Shown: positions 41,083 to 50,833, counted from the first letter of the whole stretch. The stretch: DNA of 60,663 bases, filler included, from 3 parts of 3 records of this genome joined end to end with filler, not necessarily neighbours in it; one strand, 5' to 3'. The notes: generated by a model from the letters alone, not told the origin. Numbers and translations: made by a program.

Positions 41083-41763
41083 TTGTGGCGCAAGGCATTA
41101 GTGATTGCTGCCGCTTGGCTGGCTCTTGGCGGGGGCATGAACATGGCCGTCGCCGGCGAATCGCCGACCCCGAGCTTTTTCAACACTGTCGAAGTCCGCT
41201 CTAAAAACCTGTCCCCGTTCAAGAAATGGCTTTCCGCGCTGGATCGTTACTCAAAGGAAGCCAAGGCCCCCAAAAGGGTGGCATGCCCGCCCAGTGATGA
41301 CCTGCACATCTGTGGTTATGACGATTGGGTAGCCTTTCTGAAAACGCTGGAAGGCAAGGAACCGCTGGTTCAGTTGAATGAGGTCAACAATCGTATCAAC
41401 CAGGCCAAATATGTGACCGATAAAGCCAACTGGGGTCAGAATGATTACTGGGCAACGCCGGCCGAGTTCATGTCCCGTTTCGGCGACTGTGAAGATTACG
41501 CCATTCTGAAATACCTGTCGCTCCGCCGGCTGGGGTGGAAGGAAAACGATCTTCGCGTCGTTGCCGTCAAGGATCTGAACCTGAAAGTCGGTCACGCGGT
41601 GCTGATCGTGTTCTTTAAGCACCCCAAGACGGGGCAGGTTCTGTCGTTGCTGCTGGACAATCAGATCAAGTCGATCGCCAACGCGGCGTCGATCCGCCAT
41701 TACCAGCCCGTGTTCTCGATCAACAAGTATTTCTGGTGGCGGCACACGCCCGTAACGGGCTGA
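41083..41763 (+). CDS. lapG: Transglutaminase-like cysteine protease (BTLCP, LapG family)
   Basis: Signal peptide after TTG 41083; VNNRIN, Y.TD..NWG..DYWATP.EF, GDCEDYA (Cys), GHAVL (His), LLDN (Asp), YQPVFSIN. Confidence 0.9.
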   Translation: MWRKALVIAAAWLALGGGMNMAVAGESPTPSFFNTVEVRSKNLSPFKKWLSALDRYSKEAKAPKRVACPPSDDLHICGYDDWVAFLKTLEGKEPLVQLNEVNNRINQAKYVTDKANWGQNDYWATPAEFMSRFGDCEDYAILKYLSLRRLGWKENDLRVVAVKDLNLKVGHAVLIVFFKHPKTGQVLSLLLDNQIKSIANAASIRHYQPVFSINKYFWWRHTPVTG

Positions 41764-41853
41764 CATCACGCTCTTGCAGACCTTCCGGTCATCGAATCTG
41801 CTGGAAATTTCCGGGTTAATGCTTACATTCCGGTAGGTTAACCCGGAGACCAC

Positions 41854-43440
41854 ATGACCGATCTTTCGAGCGAAATCGCTTCTAGGCGCACCTTCGCCAT
41901 TATTTCTCACCCTGACGCCGGTAAGACGACGCTGACGGAAAAGCTTTTGCTGTTCGGAGGCGCAATCCAAATGGCGGGCGCCGTCAAGGCGCGTGGGGAA
42001 CAGCGCCGTGCACGTTCGGACTGGATGAAGGTCGAGCGTGAGCGCGGAATCTCGGTCGCATCCTCAGTGATGACCTATGACTACGCCGGGTGCACCTTCA
42101 ATCTTTTGGACACGCCGGGCCACGAGGATTTCTCGGAAGATACCTATCGTACCCTGACGGCCGTCGACAGTGCCGTGATGGTGATTGATGCAGCCCGCGG
42201 GATCGAGACCCAGACCCGTAAACTGTTCGAGGTCTGCCGTCTCAGGAATGTGCCGATCACGACATTCATCAACAAGATGGACCGGGAAGCCCGTGATCCG
42301 TTCGAACTGCTGGACGAGATCGAACAGACCCTTGCCCTTGATGTCACCCCGGCCAGCTGGCCGATCGGCATGGGGCGGGACTTTCTCGGATGTTATGACC
42401 TGATCAATGACAGGCTGGTGCTGGTATCGCGTTCCAAGGGCGAACGTCCGGACGAAGGCGAGCCGTGCAACGGTCTTGATGATCCGAAGCTGGATGAACT
42501 GCTCCCGGATTATGCCGTCGCCAAACTGCGTGAAGAAGTCGAGATGGTCCGCGGTCTGTGCCCGGAACTGGATATCGAAGCCTATGCAGCCGGTCATATG
42601 ACCCCGGTCTATTTCGGAAGTGCCATCAATAATTTCGGTGTCCGTGAGTTGCTGGACGGGTTGGTGACCCGTGCGCCGAAGCCGCGGGCGCAGGAAGCCA
42701 GGGAACGTGTCGTAGAGCCCGACGAACAGAAATTCACCGGTTTCGTTTTCAAGATACAGGCGAACATGGACCCTAAACATCGTGACCGGATTGCCTTTGT
42801 CCGTGTCTGTTCAGGACGCTTCAAGCGGGGCATGAAGCTGAAGCATTCCAGGTCCGGCAAAATCCTCAACGTGCATAATGCCGTGCTGTTTCTGGCACAG
42901 GACCGGGAACTGGCCGAGGATGCCGTGGCAGGGGATATCATCGGTATTCCGAACCACGGCAATCTGCGTATCGGCGATGTGTTGAGCGAGGGGGAAGACC
43001 TGCACTTCACGGGTATTCCCAGCTTTGCGCCGGAAATGCTGCAAAAGGTGCGGCCTGATGATCCGATGAAAGCCAAGCATCTGGGGCGTGCCCTGCAGCA
43101 GCTGGCTGAGGAGGGGGCCGCCCGCGTCATCAAGCCGTCCGTCGGTGCCGACTGGATCGTCGGTGTGGTTGGGACCCTCCAGTTTGAGGTCATGGCGGAC
43201 CGCATCCGGACCGAATACGACATTCCTGTCCGTTTTGAGCCGACGGAACTGATGACGGCACGCTGGGTCGGCGGTGAACAGCAGATGATGAAGAAGTTTC
43301 TGGACGGCAACCGGGCGGCTGTCGGTGTCGATCATGACGGCGAGCCCGTATTTCTGGCCCGTAATGCCTGGCATCTGAACAAGGCCACGGATGACTGGCC
43401 GGACCTGCAGTTCATGAAAACCCGGGAACAGATCGTATGA
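41854..43440 (+). CDS. prfC: Peptide chain release factor 3
   Basis: RRTFAIISHPDAGKTT, DTPGHEDFSEDTYRTL, FKIQANMDPKHRDRIAF. Confidence 0.98.
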   Translation: MTDLSSEIASRRTFAIISHPDAGKTTLTEKLLLFGGAIQMAGAVKARGEQRRARSDWMKVERERGISVASSVMTYDYAGCTFNLLDTPGHEDFSEDTYRTLTAVDSAVMVIDAARGIETQTRKLFEVCRLRNVPITTFINKMDREARDPFELLDEIEQTLALDVTPASWPIGMGRDFLGCYDLINDRLVLVSRSKGERPDEGEPCNGLDDPKLDELLPDYAVAKLREEVEMVRGLCPELDIEAYAAGHMTPVYFGSAINNFGVRELLDGLVTRAPKPRAQEARERVVEPDEQKFTGFVFKIQANMDPKHRDRIAFVRVCSGRFKRGMKLKHSRSGKILNVHNAVLFLAQDRELAEDAVAGDIIGIPNHGNLRIGDVLSEGEDLHFTGIPSFAPEMLQKVRPDDPMKAKHLGRALQQLAEEGAARVIKPSVGADWIVGVVGTLQFEVMADRIRTEYDIPVRFEPTELMTARWVGGEQQMMKKFLDGNRAAVGVDHDGEPVFLARNAWHLNKATDDWPDLQFMKTREQIV

Positions 43441-43457
43441 TGGGTATGTAACCGACC

Positions 43458-44081
43458 ATGAAGCCGAATATCGATTACGTCAGACTTTCTAAGGAAGAAG
43501 CACACAAACGATTGCTGGAAACACGGGCTGCACGGCCAAAAGATGAGGCCATGTGGGTATTCGGTTTTGGTTCCCTGATGTGGAACCCGTGCTTTGCCTA
43601 CGACGTCAAGGCACCGGCATTATTGCGCGGCTATGACCGTAAATTTCATATCTGGACCACGCGGGCCCGCGGCACGCCGGATAATCCCGGGCTGGGGCTG
43701 TGCCTGGAAGATTGCTCGGGCATGTGCCGGGGCATTGCCTATCGTCTTGTCGAGGATGACATCGAAGAGGCTTGGGAACGCCTATGGGAGCGTGAGATGG
43801 GCAGCGGGATCTACAAGGCCTGCTGGGTTTCCGTGGAAACCGAAGACCATGGGCGCGTGCCGGCGCTCACCTTCGTTGTGAACCGGGATCATCCGCATTA
43901 TGCCGGTCCGATGCCGAGCGACCAAATGGCCGCCATCATGGCAGGGGCGAGGGGGTCGTATGGTCTGTGCAGGGATTACCTGGCGGGAACGATCGAGGAA
44001 ATGCGGAAATTGAACGTCATCGACCCGGAACTGGACGCACTGCTGGCCGAAGTAGATGCTATCGAAACCGGATCGGACTGA
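43458..44081 (+). CDS. chaC: Gamma-glutamylcyclotransferase (ChaC-like)
   Basis: WVFGFGSLMWNP, RGTPDNPGLGL, LWEREM, GARGSYG.C.DYL. Confidence 0.88.
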   Translation: MKPNIDYVRLSKEEAHKRLLETRAARPKDEAMWVFGFGSLMWNPCFAYDVKAPALLRGYDRKFHIWTTRARGTPDNPGLGLCLEDCSGMCRGIAYRLVEDDIEEAWERLWEREMGSGIYKACWVSVETEDHGRVPALTFVVNRDHPHYAGPMPSDQMAAIMAGARGSYGLCRDYLAGTIEEMRKLNVIDPELDALLAEVDAIETGSD

Positions 44082-44100
44082 ATTTGAGAGTTTAACCGGC

Positions 44101-44916
44101 TTAACGGCAGCTGGCGTCAGCATCCATTTGGAAGTCACGCTTGTACCACGACGGCTCAATCGCAAGGCCGACCTGACCCGTGAGGTTCTGCTTTTTGCTG
44201 ACGCGGAAGGTTTTGGCTTCACCCGCCTGCAACTGCATGCGGCGTGCGCTGATCAGTTGACGGTTCGGTCCATCCATACGGAACATGGAAAACATCCCGG
44301 TTTCGGGCCAGTCACTACCAGTGTTGGATACCCGGAAGATGGTCACGCCGTTTTCGCAAAGTGACGTGATTTTCACCGCAATCGGTTTGATGTTCATGCT
44401 GGCGACTTCATTTTCAAGAGTCACGATGGACGTGTGCTTGCCTGAAGCGCTGGCAGCGGAGGCGATTTCAGTCTCAATTGACGGGCTATCCAGCGGTGCC
44501 AGTTCCTGTGTCGTACCGTCATTGTTGCCGGCAGCCGTCGAAAAATCATTCAAGGATGCCATGTTCTGCTCTTCGGCAAGGCACTGTGCAACTTGCAGCC
44601 ATTGCCGGGATACATAGACATATTTGTTAATGGCTGAGGGCGCGACCTGTTTGCTGACGCCGCTGACCATCAGTACTGCACCCTTGCCGTCCCGCTGCAG
44701 ATTTTCCAGCTGAGACAGGTTCTGGTTCAACGTCACCAGATACGGGGCCCAGTCGCCACCATGCGCTTTGTTCACATAGCTCTGAACCTGAGCATGTGTG
44801 AAGTTCCCGAGGTAGTCGCTCTTCGGGAAGGGATCACACGCCGCCTGCGCCTGCGACGCAGCAGCGATCATAACAAATGCAGCAAGAATGGAGCGGCCAA
44901 AAGCCATTGTAGTCAC
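44101..44916 (-). CDS. Secreted two-domain hypothetical protein with four Cys
   Basis: AQA-type signal peptide; helical domain bracketed by two Cys; acidic linker containing LNDFSTAAG; beta-rich domain bracketed by two Cys. Confidence 0.8.
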   Translation of the reverse strand: MTTMAFGRSILAAFVMIAAASQAQAACDPFPKSDYLGNFTHAQVQSYVNKAHGGDWAPYLVTLNQNLSQLENLQRDGKGAVLMVSGVSKQVAPSAINKYVYVSRQWLQVAQCLAEEQNMASLNDFSTAAGNNDGTTQELAPLDSPSIETEIASAASASGKHTSIVTLENEVASMNIKPIAVKITSLCENGVTIFRVSNTGSDWPETGMFSMFRMDGPNRQLISARRMQLQAGEAKTFRVSKKQNLTGQVGLAIEPSWYKRDFQMDADASCR

Positions 44917-45024
44917 CTCATATATTCAACGAGGCTGAAACTACATCTTGTTCCTGAAGTTATCCTGACAAGTTTTGTAATAATTGTAACAGATTGTATC
45001 GGTGAAAGTTTGGTAAGTAATTGA

Positions 45025-45903
45025 TTAATTATTGGTTTTTCGTTCCCGGTGAATGATGTAAAGGCCTGATCCGATGATGATTCCGGCACCGGTGTATGTC
45101 CATATATCGGGCAGGGTGCCAAACATCATAAACCCGATGATTGAAGCCCATATCAGGTTGGTATAGGCATATGGGGCGATCTTCGAAGCTTCCGCATTCG
45201 TGAACGCCTTGATCATGCAGAAATGGCCCAGTGTCCCGAAAAGTCCTGTGAGGGCCATGACGCCCCAGTCCTGGGGGGCAAACATGACAAAATCAAAGGG
45301 GGCGATAAAACTCATGATGATCGCGCCCAGCAATGCGCTGTAGTAGAGGGTCGTCAGGACTGAATCCTGTCCACTCAGGGCTCGTGTGCTGAGTTGATAG
45401 CAGGCATAGCATGCGGCCGCCCCCAGAACCCAGAACGCGCCTTCGTCCAGGGCGCCCTGACCCGGGCGGATGATGATCATCGCGCCGATGAAACCGACCA
45501 AAACCGACAGCCAGCGGCGAATGCCGACTTTCTCCTTGAGCACGAAAGGGGCTGCAGCGGTCAGCATCAGCGGTGATGTGTACATGATGGCACCGGCCTC
45601 GGCGACCTGGATGGTATTGAGGCCGGTAAAAAAGAAGAGCGTTGTGCCGAGCAAAAACAGTGAGCGTACCAGCTGAAAACTGATGCTCTGGGTTTTCAGA
45701 AGCTGCGGCACTTTTGGTGCCAGGATCACGCTTAATAACACCACCTGGAAAACATAGCGTCCCCATACGACCTGCATGGTCGGATAGCTGGAGACAAGAT
45801 ATTTGGCGCAGGTGTCCATTGAGACGAAAAAAAGCATCGTCAAAATGATCCAGAAAATACCTGAACGGGTGTCGTCTGCGGGTTTGGCGCCGGGAGAGTC
45901 CAT
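45025..45903 (-). CDS. DMT/EamA family transporter
   Basis: About 10 TM helices; LKEKVGIRRW and AEASKIAPYAY. Confidence 0.9.
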   Translation of the reverse strand: MDSPGAKPADDTRSGIFWIILTMLFFVSMDTCAKYLVSSYPTMQVVWGRYVFQVVLLSVILAPKVPQLLKTQSISFQLVRSLFLLGTTLFFFTGLNTIQVAEAGAIMYTSPLMLTAAAPFVLKEKVGIRRWLSVLVGFIGAMIIIRPGQGALDEGAFWVLGAAACYACYQLSTRALSGQDSVLTTLYYSALLGAIIMSFIAPFDFVMFAPQDWGVMALTGLFGTLGHFCMIKAFTNAEASKIAPYAYTNLIWASIIGFMMFGTLPDIWTYTGAGIIIGSGLYIIHRERKTNN

Positions 45904-45984
45904 ATTTCGCACTCTACCGGTCATCTCCGATAAGTCATCAAAAAGGTAATGCGATGTCGCGGCATTTGCTGTCTAAGAAGCGGT

Positions 45985-47391
45985 ATGGATAGCCCCGGAA
46001 CCACGCCCCGCACCCGCATTGAAGTCGAAGGTCTGTCTGGCCGGTTACGTCGGCATTCGACGGCGCTTGTCCAGCTTGCAGCGCCGATCGTCGTATCGCG
46101 CTCCGGGTTTCTGTTTCTGGTCATGGCGGACACGGTCATGACCGGGCATTTCAGTGCCGAGGAATTGGCGTATCTGGCGATTGGGCTGGGTCTGATCATG
46201 CCGATGATGATCACGTCGCTTGGCATGATCATGGGAACGCTGATTCTGACGGCGAATTCTTTCGGCGCAGGCAAATTGCATGAATGCGGCCCGATCTGGC
46301 GACGTTCGATCAGCTATGCCCTGCTGCTGGGCTGCTTCAGCGTGGCGGTCGGCTTTTTTGGAGAAGAACTGCTGACGCTGACCGGGCAAACCCCTGATAT
46401 TGCCGTTAACGGCGGTCATATCATGTGGGTTGTGTCCCTGGGTCTGCCGGGGCATTTGCTGTTCCTGAGTTCAGTCTATTTTCTGGAAGGCATAGGACGC
46501 CCTTCACTGGGCATGTTGATCATGGTCGCGGCTAATTTGCTGAATCTGTTGCTGAACTGGCTTCTGATCGACGGTCCGTTATTCGCAGAACCGCTGGGCG
46601 CGGCCGGTGCCGCGTGGGCGACGACGGCTACCCGCTGGTTCATGGCGATTAGCCTCGCAATCATCGTCTGGAATTTGAAGGACCATCATGCCCTTGCCAT
46701 TCGCGAGAAGCTGGCAGGGGGATTTCGGGCCTGGAAGGAATTGCGCCGGATCGGATATGCCATCGGTTTAAGTGTGGGTGTCGAAAGCATTGCGTTCGCC
46801 TGTCTTAACACCTACGCAGGCTGGCTCGGTAAAATCCCGCTTGCGGCATATGGTCTGACACTCAATCTCATGGCTCTGGCATTCATGCTGGCGATCGGTA
46901 TCGGGTCGGCAACGGCGGTGCGGGTCGGAATTGCCTTTGGGCGCGGCGATATCCCCGATGCCGCTTTGGCAGGATGGACCGGGCTAGGCGCAAACATGCT
47001 GGTCATGATGTCAGCGGGCGCCATTTCATATTATTTCAGTGGTCCGCTTGCAGGCTTTTACACCGACGACCCGGTGCTGTTGGCCGAGTCAGTGATCACC
47101 ATCGGATTTATAACCTGGGTGTTTGTCCCGGATGGCGGACAGGCGGTCATGGCGAACGCGTTGCGTGGCCGTAAGGACGTGTGGATGCCGAGCGTCATTC
47201 AGACCGTCAGCTTTTTTGGCGTGATGGTGCCCTATGGATATGTTTCGGCGTTTGTATGGGGGCACGGCACCGTCGGCCTGTTCGAGGGCATACTGGTCGG
47301 ATGTATCGTTTCCCTGGCGTGGCTGAGCTTGCGGTTCCACAAGCTGGCCATGCGTGATCTGTCGCTCAGCGAGCCGCAATCCTCTCAATGA
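45985..47391 (+). CDS. MATE family efflux transporter (NorM-like)
   Basis: LAAPIV, DTVMTG, FLEGIGRP, AVRVGIAFG, DGGQAVMANALRG. Confidence 0.92.
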   Translation: MDSPGTTPRTRIEVEGLSGRLRRHSTALVQLAAPIVVSRSGFLFLVMADTVMTGHFSAEELAYLAIGLGLIMPMMITSLGMIMGTLILTANSFGAGKLHECGPIWRRSISYALLLGCFSVAVGFFGEELLTLTGQTPDIAVNGGHIMWVVSLGLPGHLLFLSSVYFLEGIGRPSLGMLIMVAANLLNLLLNWLLIDGPLFAEPLGAAGAAWATTATRWFMAISLAIIVWNLKDHHALAIREKLAGGFRAWKELRRIGYAIGLSVGVESIAFACLNTYAGWLGKIPLAAYGLTLNLMALAFMLAIGIGSATAVRVGIAFGRGDIPDAALAGWTGLGANMLVMMSAGAISYYFSGPLAGFYTDDPVLLAESVITIGFITWVFVPDGGQAVMANALRGRKDVWMPSVIQTVSFFGVMVPYGYVSAFVWGHGTVGLFEGILVGCIVSLAWLSLRFHKLAMRDLSLSEPQSSQ

Positions 47392-47394
47392 CTT

Positions 47395-47748
47395 TCAGGT
47401 GTGGCGCTGACAGTCGATGCAGTTCGGCGCACTGGGATCGTTTTCAAGTCTTTTAAGGGCGATATCTTCGTCACAGATGGTGCAAAAGCCATAATCACCG
47501 GTTTCGATACGCTCCAGCGCCGCATTGATGCGGTGGCGCTCGATGTCACGCCGGCGTTCCGTTTCCAGTTGCATGGCCTGTCCCTGAAGGGCATCCATGC
47601 GGGACAGTCTGCCGACGGAAGTCTGGTCAAGTTCCACAGGCTTTCTGGACTCCGCCGAGATATCCGACAGCGCATCCAGTTCGTCACGCATTTTGACCAA
47701 TCGTTTCTTAAAGCCGGAAATCTGTTGCTTGGTCAGGGGCACGGTCAT
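47395..47748 (-). CDS. TraR/DksA C4 zinc-finger protein
   Basis: ELDQTSVGRLSRMDALQ, YGFCTIC...CIDCQ; ATGA overlap with the adaptor gene. Confidence 0.9.
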   Translation of the reverse strand: MTVPLTKQQISGFKKRLVKMRDELDALSDISAESRKPVELDQTSVGRLSRMDALQGQAMQLETERRRDIERHRINAALERIETGDYGFCTICDEDIALKRLENDPSAPNCIDCQRHT

Positions 47749-49043
47749 CGCTCCCGCAAGGCGTCCTGCATGCGTCCGACAAGTGGATCAAGAATGTATT
47801 CCATGACGGTACGCGATCCGGTCTGGATAGAGGCAATGACCTGCATGCCGGGGAACAGATCGTAACGCAGTTTCCCATCCTCGAAATAGCTCCGTTCCGT
47901 GGAAATCCGGACCTTGTAAAACGGACGGCCTTCTTCGGTGACCAGCGTGTCGGGCGAAACGCGATCCACGACGCCTTTCAGATCACCGAATTTGGCGGCA
48001 TCGGCGGATGCCAGCGTGACTTTTGCAGCCTGACCGGCACGCACGTAGCCGATATCCTGCGGCGGCAACTGGGCGTCGATGATCAGTCGATCATCCGCGG
48101 GGACGATATCAACAACCGTCGTCCCGGCACGGACGACACCACCGACGCTGACGACGTATAAAGATTTGATAATACCGTCTACGGGCGCGCGCAGCGTGGT
48201 CCGGTTGAGGTTGTCCTCGACCTTGCGGATGCGTTGCGAAAGCTCGTCCATTTCGCGCGTGACCTTATCCAGTTCGGTCTGTGCTTCCTCTCTGAACGAA
48301 GCGCGGATGGTTTCCATATTGGCCTGGGCTTCGCCAAGCGCCGCGCGAAGACGCGGTAAAGCAGCTTCAGCTTCATCGATGCGGCCGCGAAGGTCGGCTG
48401 CTTCCTTGAGCAGATTAAGGTGCAGCATCCGGTTGGTCAGTTCTTGAGCCAGAAGCTTTTCCGAAATGTCGATCTGTTCCGTGATCAGTTTCAGACTTTT
48501 CTGTGCGCTGGCGCGACGCTGCTGGACTTCCTTGATCTCCAGTTCGCGCTGACGGATGGCATCTTCCTGAGCACGAACCTGCCCCAGCATGCGTTTTTTT
48601 CGGGTTTCAAAAAGCGCGATGGACTGGCGGATCAGTTCCGGTTCCGCCTTGACGAGAGCAGGGGGGAATTTCGGCTGGTCCAGTCCGGCAAGTTGGGCAT
48701 TGTAGCGCGAAATGTCGGCGAGCAATGACCTCAGCCGGATCTTAAGCTCCTGAACATCGGCGCCGCTCTGTGTCTGTTCCAGTTCGACGAGTGATTGGCC
48801 GGCAGTGACGCGATCTCCTTCCTTGACCAGAATGGCGCGGACGATCCCGCCTTCCAGGTGATCGACCGATTGCACATTGGTGGAAGGGGATACTTCGCCG
48901 GTGGCAACGGAAACAATGTCGAGTTCCGCATTGTTCGCCCAGATCGAAAAGGCCAGGAGCGCAGCGATGCACAAGCCGAGGAACATGTGTGTCCCGCGTT
49001 TGACCTCGTCGTCTTCGGGGTTCGGCTCTATTTCTTCACTCAT
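47745..49043 (-). CDS. T1SS periplasmic adaptor (HlyD/LapC family)
   Basis: HLEGGIVRAILVKEGD, long coiled coil, LRAPVDG, LFPGM, ALRER end. Confidence 0.95.
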   Translation of the reverse strand: MSEEIEPNPEDDEVKRGTHMFLGLCIAALLAFSIWANNAELDIVSVATGEVSPSTNVQSVDHLEGGIVRAILVKEGDRVTAGQSLVELEQTQSGADVQELKIRLRSLLADISRYNAQLAGLDQPKFPPALVKAEPELIRQSIALFETRKKRMLGQVRAQEDAIRQRELEIKEVQQRRASAQKSLKLITEQIDISEKLLAQELTNRMLHLNLLKEAADLRGRIDEAEAALPRLRAALGEAQANMETIRASFREEAQTELDKVTREMDELSQRIRKVEDNLNRTTLRAPVDGIIKSLYVVSVGGVVRAGTTVVDIVPADDRLIIDAQLPPQDIGYVRAGQAAKVTLASADAAKFGDLKGVVDRVSPDTLVTEEGRPFYKVRISTERSYFEDGKLRYDLFPGMQVIASIQTGSRTVMEYILDPLVGRMQDALRER

Positions 49044-50743
49044 GACGCCGTCTCCGTTCGCACGACACGGGGTTTGTTTTGCCGTAATACGGGCGTCGGT
49101 TTGCTGTCCAGATCAAGGATCAAGGTTGCGGCACTGACGATTTTTGGATTTCGTGAAAAGGCGATAATGGTTTTCCCACGCCGGGCCATATCGATCAGGG
49201 CGGAATACACGAAGGCCGTGCCTTCCTCATCAAGGCTTTCCGTCGGTTCGTCCAGTACTGCAAGTTTACCGCCCACGAACATAGCGCGGGCAAAGGCAAG
49301 CCTGCGGCGCTGGCCCAATGCCATATTGCCGCCGCCGTTGGTGATGATCCGGTCCATCCCGTCGGGGCTTTCGTCGACAAACGGCCCCAGTCCGACTTCG
49401 CGGACAATCCGCATCAGGGTTTCTTCCGTCTGATCGGGGTTGGCGGCTTCCATGTTGGCGCGCAGGGATGCATTGATGAAGGTCGGCTCCTGGGGGAGAT
49501 ACATCAACTGGGCGCGCCACCAAGCAGGATCAAGCTGCTTCAAGTCGACACCATCTGCGAGAATTTGACCACGTGCCGGATGCAGAAGGCCTGCCGTCAT
49601 CTTTGCCAGTGTCGACTTTCCGGCGCCGTTCGATCCGGTCACGACCATCACCCCACCGGGCGGAAGTTTGAAATTCAGCCCCTCAAAAAGCGGCGTGTTG
49701 GCTCCCGGGTAGGAGAACGAGACATCACGGAATTCAATCTGGCCATTGAACTGGCTGAGTTTGGCGCCTTTCCCCTGTTCGACGGGGAGTGTGGCGAATT
49801 CGCGGACCTTGGCGAGGGCATTCTCGGCCTTGGCAAAGGTTTCCCCAAGCTGGGCGAATTTGATCATCGGACCAAGCGTGCGGGCGGAAAGAATATTGGC
49901 GCCGATCAGCAAGCCGACATCAAGCTCTCCGTGCACCACAAGCCACGCACCGGTGGAATAGATGAAAACGCTCATCAATGCCTGGGCGCTTTGGGTAACG
50001 GATTGCACGAGTGCCTGCCGGCGCGCGATCAGCGCTCTGAGCAACCGGGACCGTTCACTCGCTTTGGTCCATGCTTCCGTGATGATGGAACGGCCACCGA
50101 AAGCACGTATCGTATCGGTTGCGCCGTTGGCATTGTTCAGCAGCCCTGAAACTTCATTCTGTGCACCGCTCAGGGTCGTCATCGGTCCGCGCAGGCTGCG
50201 TTGGGACTGGACTGCGAACAGGAAGATCACGATCAGGAACCCAACGGCGATAGCCGCAAGATGCGGGCTGAGCATGAACAGGGCAATGGCGAACAGAATT
50301 GCAAACGGAACATCGATGACCGAGGTGATGTTACCGGGGGTATAGGCGTTTTCGACTAGATCAAGGCCGCGCACGACTTCACGTCTTTCGCCGGGCGGAA
50401 TGCTCATCAGCGCCATGCTTTCTGCGGTGTTGAGAATACCGAAGGCGCCGGTCGACAGTTCGTCGTCCTTTTTGGCGCTTAGACCCCGTGCGAGTTTCAG
50501 GCGGGCCTGTCGAAAGCCGAGTTCAAGGGCAATGGCAATCAGGACGCCCGAAGCAAGGGCAGCAAGTGTGGCATCGACGCCCTGTCCGACATAGCGGTTC
50601 AGCACCTGAATCACGAACAGGGGAGAGGCGAGCGCAAGTATATTGGCAAACAGTGAGGCCGCCACAATCTCTGCGGTCAAACCCGGTTTGGCTTTCAGGC
50701 GTCTTAGTAATTCACCCATTCGCTCGCCTGTCGATTGCTCCAC
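49040..50743 (-). CDS. T1SS ABC transporter, no C39 domain, degenerate nucleotide-binding domain
   Basis: NILALASPLFVIQVLNR TM domain, GSNGAGKST Walker A, VLDEPT Walker B; signature MALGQ; H-loop FSRN. Confidence 0.9.
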   Translation of the reverse strand: MEQSTGERMGELLRRLKAKPGLTAEIVAASLFANILALASPLFVIQVLNRYVGQGVDATLAALASGVLIAIALELGFRQARLKLARGLSAKKDDELSTGAFGILNTAESMALMSIPPGERREVVRGLDLVENAYTPGNITSVIDVPFAILFAIALFMLSPHLAAIAVGFLIVIFLFAVQSQRSLRGPMTTLSGAQNEVSGLLNNANGATDTIRAFGGRSIITEAWTKASERSRLLRALIARRQALVQSVTQSAQALMSVFIYSTGAWLVVHGELDVGLLIGANILSARTLGPMIKFAQLGETFAKAENALAKVREFATLPVEQGKGAKLSQFNGQIEFRDVSFSYPGANTPLFEGLNFKLPPGGVMVVTGSNGAGKSTLAKMTAGLLHPARGQILADGVDLKQLDPAWWRAQLMYLPQEPTFINASLRANMEAANPDQTEETLMRIVREVGLGPFVDESPDGMDRIITNGGGNMALGQRRRLAFARAMFVGGKLAVLDEPTESLDEEGTAFVYSALIDMARRGKTIIAFSRNPKIVSAATLILDLDSKPTPVLRQNKPRVVRTETAS

Positions 50744-50833
50744 TATGTGGCGTCATCATTCTTGGTCAGTCTATTATTTCAGAAATTCCGGAAAATATAT
50801 ATGCAGCAGTGCTTTAAAGGTGCCGCAATGATT

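Noticed and set aside
45886-46002. The divergent DMT and MATE genes both begin MDSPG
   Set aside because: The codons differ (GAC-TCT versus GAT-AGC), so there is no DNA inverted duplication; treated as coincidence.
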